DNA from: Octopus sinensis
Lineage: Eukaryota
DNA length: 64,000 nt
Assembly: GCF_006345805.1 (NCBI RefSeq)
Contig: NC_043014.1
Location: forward strand, 53,134,001 to 53,198,000
Direction of reading: 5' to 3'
A model generated the notes under the pieces. The model searched no databases and was not told the origin of the DNA. It saw nothing but the letters and a program-made list of their open reading frames with translations. Below are positions 10,973 through 24,073 of the stretch, one piece after another. The position numbers and the translations under genes are program-made. How positions within the stretch are numbered: the stretch's first letter is position 1; every line of letters begins with the position of its first letter.

Positions 10973-11593
10973 AGCTTACAGTAGAAGACATTTGCCCTAG
11001 GTGTCACACAATGGGATTGAACCCGAAACCATGTGGTTGGGAAACAAAAACGCTTCTTAGTGCGCGACCTAATTAAATTTAAAACGAAGCGAATAACGAA
11101 AACAAAACACATAAATCAATATTATTAATCAGCAGCTCTTTGAGAAAAGCTGGTGACTGCTGCAAATTGCCCCACTTCTGGGCATCGCTGAGTCAAACGA
11201 CAAAGCTGTCCCACTGCGTCAAAAGAGTCTGATGGGATACAGCAAACTCTGTCGAACCTTTGTGAGAGAATAAGCGAATCGCAGAATGTTAGAATAGTAG
11301 AATACTTGAATGCGGGCGAAAACATAGTTTATATTATTTTATATTACGGGCTGTGAACAATAGCGCCGTGTCGGATGATTACAGGCTTCCGACTGACTAA
11401 TCATAATCAATGCTTCACTGTAAACTGCTGACGAGGAAGTATGTCTAACTCGGTGCCGAGCAAATATCTCAAGAGAAACTTCGCTCATAAGGCAATTTTG
11501 CTTTCAGGTTTCTCGCCTGAGATTATATTCTACACTGAATTACATCAACGAAATACATACACTCCCTCCCCCCCTCACACACTAACTCACTCA

Positions 11594-11667
<74 letters not shown>

Positions 11668-11871
11668 GACAACTCCATAATGTGTCACGAGGCCACAAAA
11701 GTGTATCTGAAGTCCAAGCGAACTTGCTGTGATTTATTCTGTCGATCTCGAGTGAGATGAAGGACAAAGTGGAACCTCAGCGCGGATTACAACTCCGAAT
11801 TCGGAGAGAATAAAATAGATAACAAGAATTATTTAGTTCGCTACATTATATATTGGGTCACTGCGTCACCA

Positions 11872-11946
11872 ACAACAACAACAGCAACAACAGCAACAAC
11901 AACAACAACAGCAACAACAACAACAACAACAACAGCAACAACAACA
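11872..11946. repeat. (CAA/CAG)n trinucleotide repeat
   Basis: Directly visible. Confidence 0.95.
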
Positions 11947-12371
11947 CACTATCCTCACAAAAATCAATATTAACACCAATGCTATCGATCACCTTAATGT
12001 TTTCTCTATTTCAAGTCGGAAAGTAGTGTTATTTTTAAGATATGTTTAAATATGTTTACAAAATTCCGTATATTTTCTTCTCAAGATCTTTTTATCGTTG
12101 CTTTGGCAACTGCTGTGAAATCTATATTTCCTTGATGAGGTCAGAAAAAAGTCGAAACGCGCATGGAGTCGTCCCTCGTATTTCCTCTTTGATATTCTTG
12201 CATTTTCCTTATATCTGTGCCACCACAACGACTGTGGCGACTTTTACAGTTCCAGCGGCAAAGAAGCTGTCACTCGGTGCCAAAAGGACGGGTTCATTGA
12301 TTGTTGAGAAGGAAGGGAAACCGTCTTTTGATGTCTTCAAATCGGAAAAGCATACAGCGCGATCCACCAAT

Positions 12372-12585
12372 CACCGCCACCGCCACCGCCACCACCACCA
12401 CCACCGCCACCGCCGCCACCACCACCGCCGCCGCCGCCACTATCACCACCACCACCACCACCACCACCGCCGCCGCCACCACCACCACCGCCGCCGCCGC
12501 CACTATCACCATCGCCATTACCATAAGGAATACCACAAAACTACCAATCCAACAAACCAAACAAACACCGCCGCCGCCGCCGCCA
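12372..12585. repeat. (CAC/CGC)n compound trinucleotide repeat
   Basis: Directly visible; source of the poly-H/R/T/A/V ORFs. Confidence 0.9.
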
Positions 12586-12921
12586 TCGTTTGTCACTTTG
12601 ACACGTTTACCTGTTCTGCAGATCAATATTCCACTGAGTCGAACTGCTTCTGTCTCGGTTCCATGTTGGTCTCTCAGCAAAGAGTAGAGTACACTCGAGT
12701 GTGAGTGTCGGAGGGGGAGGGGGGAGGTTAAAGAGGAAGTAGTAGGAGGAGGTGTCGGAGAAGAGAGAGAGAGAGGAAGAGAGGGGAAAGGGAGGGGGAA
12801 GGGTCATTCAGAAAGAAAACGAAAGAGGGGAAGACGAAGATTTAAGGACCGCAACAAGAGGAATCGATCAATAACATTGTATAAGTTAAAACATACATGC
12901 ATACAAACGTACATATGAATG

Positions 12922-12974
<53 letters not shown>

Positions 12975-13273
12975 GTGTGTATATATATATATATATAAAA
13001 TAAGCAACAAGAATGAATCCGGTAATTTAGTACAATTGTTTCATACTACAACATTTTATTAAAAGCTGTAAATATTACAGCAGATTTAATATGCCGAGTA
13101 ATCTTCAGCTAATTTTATATAGGTTTTCCAATAATATAAAGTTCTCAGATCAATTAGTAACATCTTAGGAAAGGTAAATATACAGATAAAGATGTAGATA
13201 TGAATCTCAGGAACACGAGGTCGTGTAGTTAGGATGCCAACCTGACCAAAACTAAGTTCACAACTAACTATAT

Positions 13274-13324
<51 letters not shown>

Positions 13325-13378
13325 CTATCTCTTTACCTCTCCCTCCTCTCTCTACCTATCTATCTGTCTGTTTGTCTT

Positions 13379-13478
13379 NNNNNNNNNNNNNNNNNNNNNN
13401 NNNNNNNNNNNNNNNNNNNNNNNNNNNNNNNNNNNNNNNNNNNNNNNNNNNNNNNNNNNNNNNNNNNNNNNNNNNNNN
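13379..13478. other. Assembly gap (exactly 100 N)
   Basis: A run of 100 N is typical of an unsized scaffold join, so contiguity across it is not guaranteed. Confidence 0.99.
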
Positions 13479-13831
13479 TATCGACCCCAGGAGGAGCAAA
13501 AGGCAAAGTCGGCTGTCGGGGGTATACGAATTCAGAACATAACTATCACGACGCATTTTGTTCGACGCTCCGATGATTTTGCCTTTAACTGGCTTTAAAT
13601 AGTCAAATGCTAACGAACCAGCAAAAGAGAAGGGGACTGTACATGGTCGTTGGATATACTAGAAATGGTAGCTAAATCTCCCTCAAATCTAACCGAGCCT
13701 AAAGAAGATATTTTTCTCCAGATCCAAAGTGTCTGCATAAAAGTCGGGATGGTCATTGCTGGAATGCCTTTGACTTAAAGCTGATAATCATTGATCCTCT
13801 GGTACAAAACCACTCATTAAATGAAGGTCAG

Positions 13832-13871
<40 letters not shown>

Positions 13872-14111
13872 CGTTGCAACGGGAAGCTGCATTCACCGTT
13901 TGTTGGTATATTCCATGGTCCTCCAGAACCACCCGTCGAGCAAAGTCCTAGTGAGTCCCCATCTTCGCAAAATACATCCTCATCTTCCGTGACCATGTGG
14001 CACATGTGGACCAATACAAGCCGTTAACCCAGCCAAATCCTCAGTGAAGAGAACACAGCAAGCAGGGTCTAAATCGGAAAATGTTCAGGTCTTTAATGAA
14101 GACTTATAATA

Positions 14112-14225
14112 AATTTCATCGACCCCAGTACTTGACTGGTACTCCATTTTATCAACCCTGAATGACTGAAAGTGAATGTTAACTCCAGTGGGATTTGAAC
14201 TCAGAACACATAGGTCCGTAAAGAA
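14112..14225 (-). mobile_element. SINE family B, diverged copy
   Basis: ATCGACCCCAGTACTTGACTGGTAC...GGGATTTGAACTCAGAAC. Confidence 0.75.
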
Positions 14226-14334
14226 ATGCTGCAAAGCCCTTCCTCCGACGCTCTTCTGCTTCTTCCAGCTCACAAACCAATGTGTCTTGGTGACAATGTT
14301 GGGTGAAACTATTATAAGCCTATTCTGGCATGAT

Positions 14335-14462
14335 GGCATTGCAGAATTGCTCGGGGGTCTGATGAAAAATATTGTGAGATTTGTTCCAGTTTCTTCCGTT
14401 CTGCGTTCGAATCCCGTCGAAGTCAACTTTGCCTTTCGTTTCCCTGCGATCGATAAAATAAC
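14335..14462 (+). mobile_element. SINE family B, diverged copy
   Basis: TTCTGCGTTCGAATCCCGTCGAAGTCAACTTTGCCTTTC; B-box and body homologous to 10757-10972. Confidence 0.7.
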
Positions 14463-14545
14463 TTAGCAGCCAAATCAACGAGTGAAGTAATCAACTGCTC
14501 TCTTCGACTCGTTTCCTGGCCAAGGTTTTATCCGAAGTTCAGGAT

Positions 14546-14668
<123 letters not shown>

Positions 14669-15386
14669 ATGGTTTCAGGATGGTCATCGCTCCAAACAAA
14701 GAAAATGGAAAGGAAAAAAACTGCTTCTTCGAATTTCGAGAGGACTCTTTCTCTTTCAGTTTCGGGTCGCGAAAGCCGTCTTGCTTCACCCAATGTCCCC
14801 CAGAGGCCCTGCTGAAGCTGTTGATATGATAAGAACGGTCGAGCATCAGACTACACACGTTGTGTGTATACATAAGTTCTTCCTCGCGTTGATTCTGTCT
14901 CTTGTCTTGCCGTCCACCTCGAATCGGAATCTCATGTAGCAAGGACACCCGCGCGATTAAGCAGTTCGCTTCGCCATTACGTGGTTCCGTGTTCGATAAC
15001 TATCTTCTACCCTAGTCTGGGTTCTGCAAAAGCCTTCCCAGTGGGATTTCGAGGGCTGGGTAGGCGGGTGGGGACAGTGTAACAACCCATAGAAGGGCCC
15101 GTTACCGTTTCTAGCGGGAGGAAGAGGAATGGAGCGGTTTAGACAATCCATCGCTAGCGTTTGGTCCTGAGGTACCTTTAATAGGGTTCGATCTCTGTCC
15201 TATGCTCGGGTCAGGTCTGTTGTCTGGAGATAACTTCCTCCCTTCCTCCCACCTATCACCGAAGCCCTTAAGGGGGTCATGAATTTTGCCCTTCTTCGTT
15301 TGCACACACACACACACATATACGCACATACACACACATACACGCAACATACATACATACATACATACATACATACACACACACAT

Positions 15387-15417
<31 letters not shown>

Positions 15418-15699
15418 TAATGGAAAGGCACGTTGGATGATTTAGTCCTAGATACACTACGCTTGAATAGTAAAGGAAATACGAGATGGTCATAGCTGGA
15501 ACGTCTTTAGTCAAAGTTCTGCAACTCAACCTCAAGGATCGTCTTGTGGCTAAGCAACAACAAAAACAATTGTCATTTTTTAAAGAATTCTGGTCAGATC
15601 GCTGAAAACTGGGTTTTAGGATTCGTGTCACTTCAGCCGTTGGGAATAATATTCATTTTATTTTGATCTGATTTTGTGTTTTGGTTGCGAAGAAGAGGA

Positions 15700-16581
15700 G
15701 AGAGAGAGAGGGGAGAGAAAGGGGGTCAGAGAAAGAGAGAGAGAGAGAGAGAGAGGAAAAGAGGATGCAGAGTGAGAGAAAGGAAGAGGGTGAGAGAGAG
15801 AGAGAGAGAGTGTGTGTGTGTGTTAAGAGGGAAGGAGAAGATACGAAAATTGTGAGAGGAAGAAAGATAAAATGTGGGCGGAAAAGAGAGAAGAAGGCAA
15901 AAGTAGGCAGAGAGAGGGAGGGAGAGAAAGGGAGGGAGAGGGAGAGAAAGGGAGAGAAAGAGGGGGAGGTAATTGAGTAAGAGTTAGAGAGGAAATGTTA
16001 AGATGAAAGAAATGTGAGAGAGGGGGAAATGTGTGGGAGGAAAAGGTAAGGGGAGAGGGAAGAGAAGGTCATGGGGGAAATAAGAGGAAAAGGACGAGGT
16101 GAAGAGGGAATGAAAGAACTTTCTTTGATGCTGATGATGATGATGATGATGATGGCCAGTGTGGTGGAGATGGCGGTGGTGGTAATGGTGGCGATCATCA
16201 CCACCGCCATCAGTACGACCACAACGATCACCATGATGACGACGACGACACGACGACGACGACGACGACGAAGACGATGATGATGATGACGATGATGAAG
16301 TAAAAATATTGGTTACGGTGCTTGTGATAGTGGTGATGATGGTGATGGTGGGAATAATGGTTTGACGGTTGGGAAAGTAGTGGATGTGATGATGATGATG
16401 AGGACGACGACGACGACGACAACGATGATGATGGTGATGATGAGGAGGAGGACGACGGCGATGATGATGATGATGATGGTGATGGTGACGATTGCAGTGA
16501 CATTGTTGATGACGATGTTGATGATGGTTGTCGGGGTTGTGATAGTGACGACAACGGTGCTGAAGGAAACGATTGTCATCA

Positions 16582-16612
<31 letters not shown>

Positions 16613-17109
16613 AATGGTGATGACGATGTCGACAACGACGACGATGACGATGCTACTAGTGATGGTGATGATGATGATGGTGGTGATGGGTCTTTAGGAA
16701 GATGAGGATAAGATGAAGAGGAGAGACTAATGTTGTTATTGTCGGTGTTTAACCCCAGGTCAGCCTTGATCGAGAAGAATGAGGAAAAGCGACAGAGAGA
16801 GGGGAGGAGGGAGAGAGAAAGAGAAGGAAATATAAAAGGAGGAAAGCAATAGAAATGAATATGAAGGTAAAAAAAAGAGAGAAAGATCTAAAAGCTGTGA
16901 AGAGCGAATAAAAAAGATGAGGTAAGGAGGGAGGTGGGGGGTGAGATTAAAGGAAAGGAAGGAGAGAAGGAGAGTAAGCGAGAATAACGATGGGAGACTG
17001 GAGAGAGAGAGAGAGAGAGGGAGAGGGAGAGAGGTAGAAAGGAGAAAGAGAGAGAGAGACGGTGATAAGGAAGAGAAAGGGAAGTTCACGGAAACAGAGA
17101 GAAAAAGAA

Positions 17110-17153
<44 letters not shown>

Positions 17154-17155
17154 GT
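15700..17155. repeat. Purine-rich low-complexity tract with (GA)n and (GAT/GAC/GGT)n repeats
   Basis: Directly visible simple repeats; the trinucleotide block is 16130-16700. Confidence 0.9.
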
Positions 17156-17424
17156 GTGGGGGTTCCTTAGAACTTAGATGTGGTTGCTAGCCCTGCTAGA
17201 AAGAGCAGCCCCTGAGAAAGGAAGGACACATTGGAGAAGGAAGTCTTAAATATCGACTTCGATCTTGATTAGTTTTAATATCGAAAAACTTCGTTTTGAT
17301 GATATTACTAGAGTTATTTCCCCTGCTTTTCTTATTTTGGTAGATTTTAAACATCCTTCGAGGGAGTTTCTGTCTCCTAATTGAACAGATATTTTCAGTT
17401 AATCGACAATTTTGAACTCAGCTA

Positions 17425-17970
17425 CACACACACACACACACACACACAGACACACACACACACACACAGACACACTCACACACACACTCACACACACACA
17501 CAGACACACACACAGAGACACACACACACCACCACAACACACAAACACAAACACACACAACCACACAGACAACACTCCCACACACACACCCACACTACAC
17601 ACACACACACACACAACCACACCACACACACTCACACACACACACACACACATACACACACACACTCACACACACACACACACACTCGTTTGGACCCAAC
17701 AAGCACTACCGTAAAAAAGATGGCACATAGGAAAGAACTCTTCCTGGAGAGCTGAAGAGGAGTCACCAGCCTCCATCCTAGGGGTGTGGGGTGGGAGGAG
17801 TAAAAGGGTCCGTTTCGTGACCATGTGGTTCTGATTTCGATAAAGCAAGAGGATAGCTTGAGCAAGGATTTCCACTGCAGTCTCTCTCCGCTTCAACAAT
17901 CTTGTCAGTCTACCGTCACTCACGCGTGGGTGTTTATATGAATGCATGCATGTATGTATGTATGTGTGCA

Positions 17971-18013
<43 letters not shown>

Positions 18014-18730
18014 ATATAGGTATGTATGAATGTATGTATGTATGTATGTATGCATGTATGTATGTATGTATGTATGTATTATATGTATGTATGTAGGTAG
18101 GCATGTATGTATGTATGTATGTATGTATGATGATGTATGTATGTAGGTATGATGTATGTAGGTAGGTATGTATGTATGTAGTGTATGTATGTTGTATGTA
18201 TGTATGTAGGTAGGTAGCATGTATGATGTATGTATGTATGTATGTATGTATGTATGTATGTTGTATGTATGTATGTATGTAGGTAGGCATGTATGTATGT
18301 ATGTATGTATGTATGTATGTGTGTATGATGTATGTATGTATGTATGTATGTAGGTAGGTATGTATGTAGTATGTATGTATGTATGATGTATGTATGTATG
18401 TAGTATGTATGTAGTAGGTAGGTATGTATGTATGTATGTAGTATGTATGTATGTAGGTAGGTATGTATGTATGTAATGTATGTATGTATGTATGTATGTA
18501 TGTATGTGGTATGTATGTATGTATGTATGTATGTTTTGTATGTATGTATGTATATAGTATGTATGTATGCAGTATGTATGTATGTATGTATGTATGTATG
18601 TATGTAGGTAGGCATGTATGTATGTATGTATGTATGTATGTGTGTGTTTGTATGTATGTATGTATATATCTATGTATCTATGCATGTATGTATGTATGTA
18701 TGTATGCATGTATGTATGTATGTATGTAAT
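17425..18730. repeat. (CA)n and (TATG)n microsatellite blocks
   Basis: (CA)n at 17425-17685 and (TG)/(TATG)n at 17945-18730. Confidence 0.95.
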
Positions 18731-18940
18731 TCTTGTGTCGTTTTTGTGTGTGTATACTTTTATGGTGGTGAGATGTGTTATGAAAACATTATCGCTTAAA
18801 AAATTCGGTGTGGTGCCAAATAAAAATTTACTTAACCACTGTACCACAGAGATCGATAAAATAAATATCAAGTTCGATGTAACAAAAAAAAGAAAAAGAA
18901 AAGAACCCCGATTAGCACGGTTGTATATACGTGTTGATGT

Positions 18941-18981
<41 letters not shown>

Positions 18982-18999
18982 CTGAAGTTGTCTGTGTAT

Positions 19000-19710
19000 G
19001 GCAGGTTTGCTAGCCTTCAACTTACACTATGGACAATCTCCTTGATTAAGTTGGTGAATGCTGCCATAATCCTTGCCTTCAGTTCATCTTTGGTGTTAGA
19101 AGGAGTTTTGTTGGCGTCTCGCTCAATTGCTCCCTACACATAATAATCAAGGGGGTTGCAGCCTGGGGAGTTAGGTGACCAGAGGAGTTAGAGGTAATGG
19201 GCTCGCAGAGATTGTCTGACAAATATGACTGGGTTCTCCTGCTTGTGTGGCAGGGTGCAGAGTCCTGTTGCCAGACATAGGGGCTTCCAACAGCCACCCT
19301 CTTCACCCAGGGCAGCACCACCTCTTCCAGGCACATGATAGAGGCCGTATGAGAAGATGAATGGAAGTATAACGTCACCACCACTAGTAATCACTTCAAA
19401 CACCATGATGTTGATGGATGTTTGATTTTCATCACTCTTGGTACATGTTTTGGGGACACAGCAAGCCAACGATGATTCTGTGTGTTCACCATCTGTTCGT
19501 ATTGGAGCTTCCAGTGTGAATGCCAAGCAGTACAGCATGCCGATTCCAAATTTCTTGCAGAGTGAATTGCGTCATGGTGATGTTTTTCTCACTGACGGTG
19601 CCCAACTGACCCTACCATACTGTGTAGTCTTCAAAATCAAAAAACAAACAATGCGCATGCGCGAAATTAAAACTATTAAATGGTGACAATTTAACCATCG
19701 TACTCGGTAC
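19000..19710 (-). mobile_element. Tc1/mariner-superfamily transposon (maT/DD37D-like), internally deleted pseudogene
   Basis: N-terminus MTQFTLQEIWNRHAVLLGIHTGSS (ATG at 19575). Catalytic region reads INIMVFEVITSGGDV..EEVVLPWVKRVAVGSPYVWQQDSAPCH..NPLDYYV. A TIR-like end lies near 19680-19710. Confidence 0.8.
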
Positions 19711-19979
19711 ACACACACACATACATTCGCACACACACATTCTTTTATTCTTTTACTTGTTTCAGTCATTTGACTGTGGCCATGCTGGAGCACCGCCTTT
19801 TAGTCGGTAGATAGATAGATAAAAAGATAGATAAGAGTAGAAATAGGAAAGAAAAATGTTTCTGTGTAAGATATAAAAATAAGAGGAACAATTACATTGT
19901 AGATATGTTAGACATATTCAAGTTTAATTTTGATTACATAAGAATTTCTATAATGTATAATTATGAAAACACACACAGA

Positions 19980-20000
19980 CATACACGCATATATATATGC

Positions 20001-20057
<57 letters not shown>

Positions 20058-20905
20058 ATATATAATATATATAATATATTATGTATACATACATAAACGT
20101 ATATGTATGTATGTATATATATATAATATATATATACGTACACACACGCACGTACATGCACGTTATGTATGTTTACATATATTATGTGGCGTATGTCTGT
20201 GTATGTTTTCATAAGTATATATTATATATATATATATATACAACCCCATCTATACATACATACATACATACATACATACATACATACATACATACATACA
20301 TACATACATACGTACATACGTACATAAGTACATACATACATACATACATACATACTACATACATACATACATACAACATACATACATACATACGTACATA
20401 CATACATACATACATACATACATACATACATAATACATACATACATACATACATACGTACATACATACATACATACACACATACATACATAATACATACA
20501 TACATACATACATACATACATACATACATACATACATACATACATACATACATACATACATACATACATACATACGTACATACATACATACATACACACA
20601 TACATACATACATACATACATACATACATACATACTACACACATACATACATACATACATACATACCACATACATAATACTACATACATACACACATACA
20701 TACATACATACATACATACACACATAAATACATACATACATACATACATACATACATACATACATACATACACACACATACATACATACATACATACATA
20801 CATACATACACACATACATACATACATACATACATACATACATACATACATACATACATACATACATACATACATACATACATACATACTTATTTACATA
20901 CATAT
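19980..20905. repeat. (TA)n and (CATA)n microsatellites
   Basis: Directly visible. Confidence 0.95.
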
Positions 20906-21042
20906 ATACATGCATACACATACTCATAAGTCGTACAGAAATGGAAAGCGAAACAAACTTACTGAGCGGACGAAAGTGTTTTGTGTCATGTCCAATGGAA
21001 AAAGAAGCCATTCTGTATCGTGCGTCTGTGTCTGATGTGAAG

Positions 21043-21240
21043 AGCAGACGACACATTTGTGTCGCGTAACGAAATGCAGTGAGCAGACGACACTCTGCGT
21101 CATGTGACCAAATGGTAAAAGCAGACGACACTCTGCGTCATGTGACCAAATGGTAAAAGCAGACGACACCTGTGTCATGTGACAAATGTAAAGAAGACGA
21201 CACTCTGTGTCATGTGACCAAATAGTAAAAGCAGACGACG
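21043..21240. repeat. 38-bp minisatellite AGCAGACGACACTCTGCGTCATGTGACCAAATGGTAAA, ~4-5 copies
   Basis: Units start at 21082, 21120 and 21158 (38-bp period), with degenerate copies on both sides. Confidence 0.9.
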
Positions 21241-21561
21241 CATCACGTGAACAAGAGACGCGGGAAGGGGAAAAAAGTTTTTTTTTTTAATGGTTAAAAA
21301 TGTGTGACAAAATTACAATTCTGTCTCTTTTTCGGGTTTGGAGAAGACAAATGTTTTACTTCTATTTCCATGAAATTTCTTTTAATAAAATATGTACGCA
21401 CTGCCCCACTTCAGGGAATCATCAATGACTTATCGGCTCACATCATGAAAATTTCTAAAATAATATTAAGAAGTGTAATTAATAATAATAAATTATAATT
21501 AATAAAAAAATTGATTTAAAACCAGTTCCTCCGTAGTTTTGTGTCATTACCGCTGTATATG

Positions 21562-21631
<70 letters not shown>

Positions 21632-21805
21632 TATAGAATGAAGAAATTTAATGAAAATACTAACGAAATTGATAAAAATATCTTTTCTTCTTCTTCTTCT
21701 TTGTCTTCTTCTTCTTCTTCTTCTTCTTTCTTCTTCTTTTTCTTCTTCTTCTTCTTTTTCTTCTTCTTCTTCTTCTTCTTCTTCTTCTTCTTCTCTTTAT
21801 CATTA

Positions 21806-22475
21806 CTAGGGTCGGACGGAGGCGGCGAATGCGTACATCACTTCCGTCATCTACAATCGCCTGACCATCGTCCCTTGCTCTGCTTCGTTGTTGATCATGT
21901 TGGAGCGCTTGCTCTTCTGTTTCCTGACGACGGGATGTGTTCCTCACGTCAGACGGTCCATCTGCTGTCAGCAGCCGCTGAGTGGAGGACAGGGCTGTGG
22001 TTAATAATGCACAGACATGCACTGAAGCTGCGACATCTCCAGCATTTCCTTTCCGTTTGCCAGACAGGATTTTCTGCAGCTCGTCTCATTGACGGAGCTA
22101 TATTCCTAGATCAAGCGTAGACTGAGAAAGGGCACTTGGTACCTGAAGTATCGGCCACCGCTCACAAGCCTCAGCCAGTCGGACAATGCGGTCGGTGGAA
22201 GTTTCACATTGGAGTTTTATAGGGGATTAGCGGTGGGCAAGCGCGATGACGTCCTCGGGGAATCACTAGGCGTGGGGGGAGATCAATTAGCTGGTATTTT
22301 CTGGACGACTTTCGGGTAGGAGTCTATAGATAATTTCCAGAAATCCCTGGCCCGACATTGCTACCTGTAAGATCTACCAGTTCGAGACAAGCTCATTAGC
22401 ACGGAAGTGCTGTCAGATGGACCTGTCCGGGATGTGTGCAGGGCAATGATGAAACCGTTTTGCATTATTAAAGAT
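21806..22475 (+). mobile_element. Tx1/L1-clade ORF2 fragment (post-RT region to zf-RVT), degenerate
   Basis: GRTEAANAYITSVIYNRLTIVPCSASLLIMLERLLFCFL..VPHVRRSICCQQPLSGG..WLIMHRHALKLRHLQHFL..DNFQKSLAR..DLPVRDKL. Confidence 0.85.
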
Positions 22476-22499
22476 GGGTGATGGGTGATCCTCAAGATA

Positions 22500-23229
22500 A
22501 CCTCAGCTAATAGATTCGTCCTTCATGCAAGAGCAGCTGTTCGGCGTAAACCCCACAAGTCGGTCATGCGTGCAGCATAATTTCGTCGCTCTGCGTGCAT
22601 CTCGGCCTGGTGGCCCTTCCGTGCCTGTAGACTTTATCTCAATCCGGCTGTGCCCCTCAGTAGCACAGTCAGGCAAGGGTTTCCGGAAGTTATCTTCGGT
22701 CGTCTGACCCAAAGGTTCCCCGAAACAGACCAGCTAGTTCGTCCACGTCGAGAATCTTTATCGTTCTTACCCTCATATAATCTCTATGATGCTAACTTCC
22801 ACTGACCGTATTGTTCTCCTGGTAGAGGGCAGTGAGCGCCTAACGCCATCTAGGTGCCAGGCATCGAATCTTGATCTTTCTTGACTCAAGTACTGCTGCT
22901 TTATGTAAGAGGTAGTCTGCGGAAAGATATGTGTTACAGAGACCACGCCGGTTCAGCATTCAGGAAAATGTGTAGGCGATGTAGCTTCAGCAGTCACGGT
23001 ATGCAAAGCCCGCCTTCACAGAGGGTGTTGCCAATAAATGAACCACCCGACCAGTGGAACGCGTCCTTTCCACAGGAAATAGAAAAGTAGACGCCCTAGT
23101 CGAGGCAAACGTGGACTAGGGCAAAGCACAACGGTCAGGCGGTAAGTTATTACGGAGGCAGGTAGTTGTAGGTATTCGCCACCTTTGCTTCACCTTTCGG
23201 GAATGGTTTCCTTTCGGCCCATTTCTGAG
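22500..23229 (-). mobile_element. Second Tx1/L1-clade ORF2 fragment, opposite strand
   Basis: Revcomp QKWAERK..KGEAKVANTY..SVITYRLTVVLCPSPRLPRLGRLLFYFLWKGRVPLVG..QHPL..GGL, continuing to DNFRKPL..DKVYRHG. Confidence 0.85.
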
Positions 23230-23264
23230 TGAAGGACACTAATATTAGGGTTAGTGGGTTGGTT

Positions 23265-23392
23265 CTTTATTTCATTACCCCCTAAAAGGATCAAAGGCAA
23301 AGTAGACCTCTGTGAGATTTGAACTCGGAACGTAAAGAAGCGGAAGAAATGCTGCTAAATATTTTGTTCGACGCGCTGATGATTCTGCCAAT
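23265..23392 (-). mobile_element. SINE family B copy
   Basis: AAAGGATCAAAGGCAAAGTAGACCTCTGTGAGATTTGAACTCGGAACGTAAAG...GCTAAATATTTTGTTCGACGCGCTGATGATTCTGCCA. Confidence 0.8.
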
Positions 23393-24007
23393 AATAATAA
23401 GAATAACTACAGCAACTTTACTAATAGCAAAATACAAACCAAAAATCAACCCAAACACAGCACCCATGGAGTAAACAACGGAATTTACTGTTTAACCACT
23501 TCACCTTTTCTCTCTATATATTTACCGCCAGTCATACTTCGTTATTTGTCTTGACTTTTCGTTCTAAAAAGTTCACAAAACAGGACCCAGATCGTTGCCA
23601 TGCTCTCATCGTTTAAATTTCTTTTGATCGATTAATATTTCATCAGTGCTTATTATTTTCTTTTATCACTTTAAATTGAAATTCTCTTGCATAATAGATT
23701 CAATTAACTTGTAAATTATACAAATACAATTTCGATTCACAAAGTTTATGTAACAAAATGAAAAGAAAAACGTTTGCGGTAAGCGGGAGATGAGGTCCAT
23801 GCTGATAACGTTTTTAAAATGATGAAACTAAATCGATTTCTGATAATGAAAGGCAGACTTCCAGTGACAATAGTTTGTTTGAATTGCTTTTTAAATCAAC
23901 TAATATTTCATCTATTCTTATTATATTAACAGAAAATTAAAATCATTTTTAATGATATTCTTAGTTAATTGATAAACATATATATGAATGTATATGCATG
24001 TTAGCAA

Positions 24008-24073
<66 letters not shown>

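Noticed and set aside
12042-12704. 220-aa His/Arg-rich ORF and overlapping Thr/Ala- or Val-rich ORFs
   Set aside because: Their length is due to the CAC/CGC repeat and no recognisable domain is present.
21043-21240. CRISPR-like appearance of the 38-bp hairpin repeat
   Set aside because: The units are directly adjacent with no unique spacers, no cas genes are present, and the context is eukaryotic.
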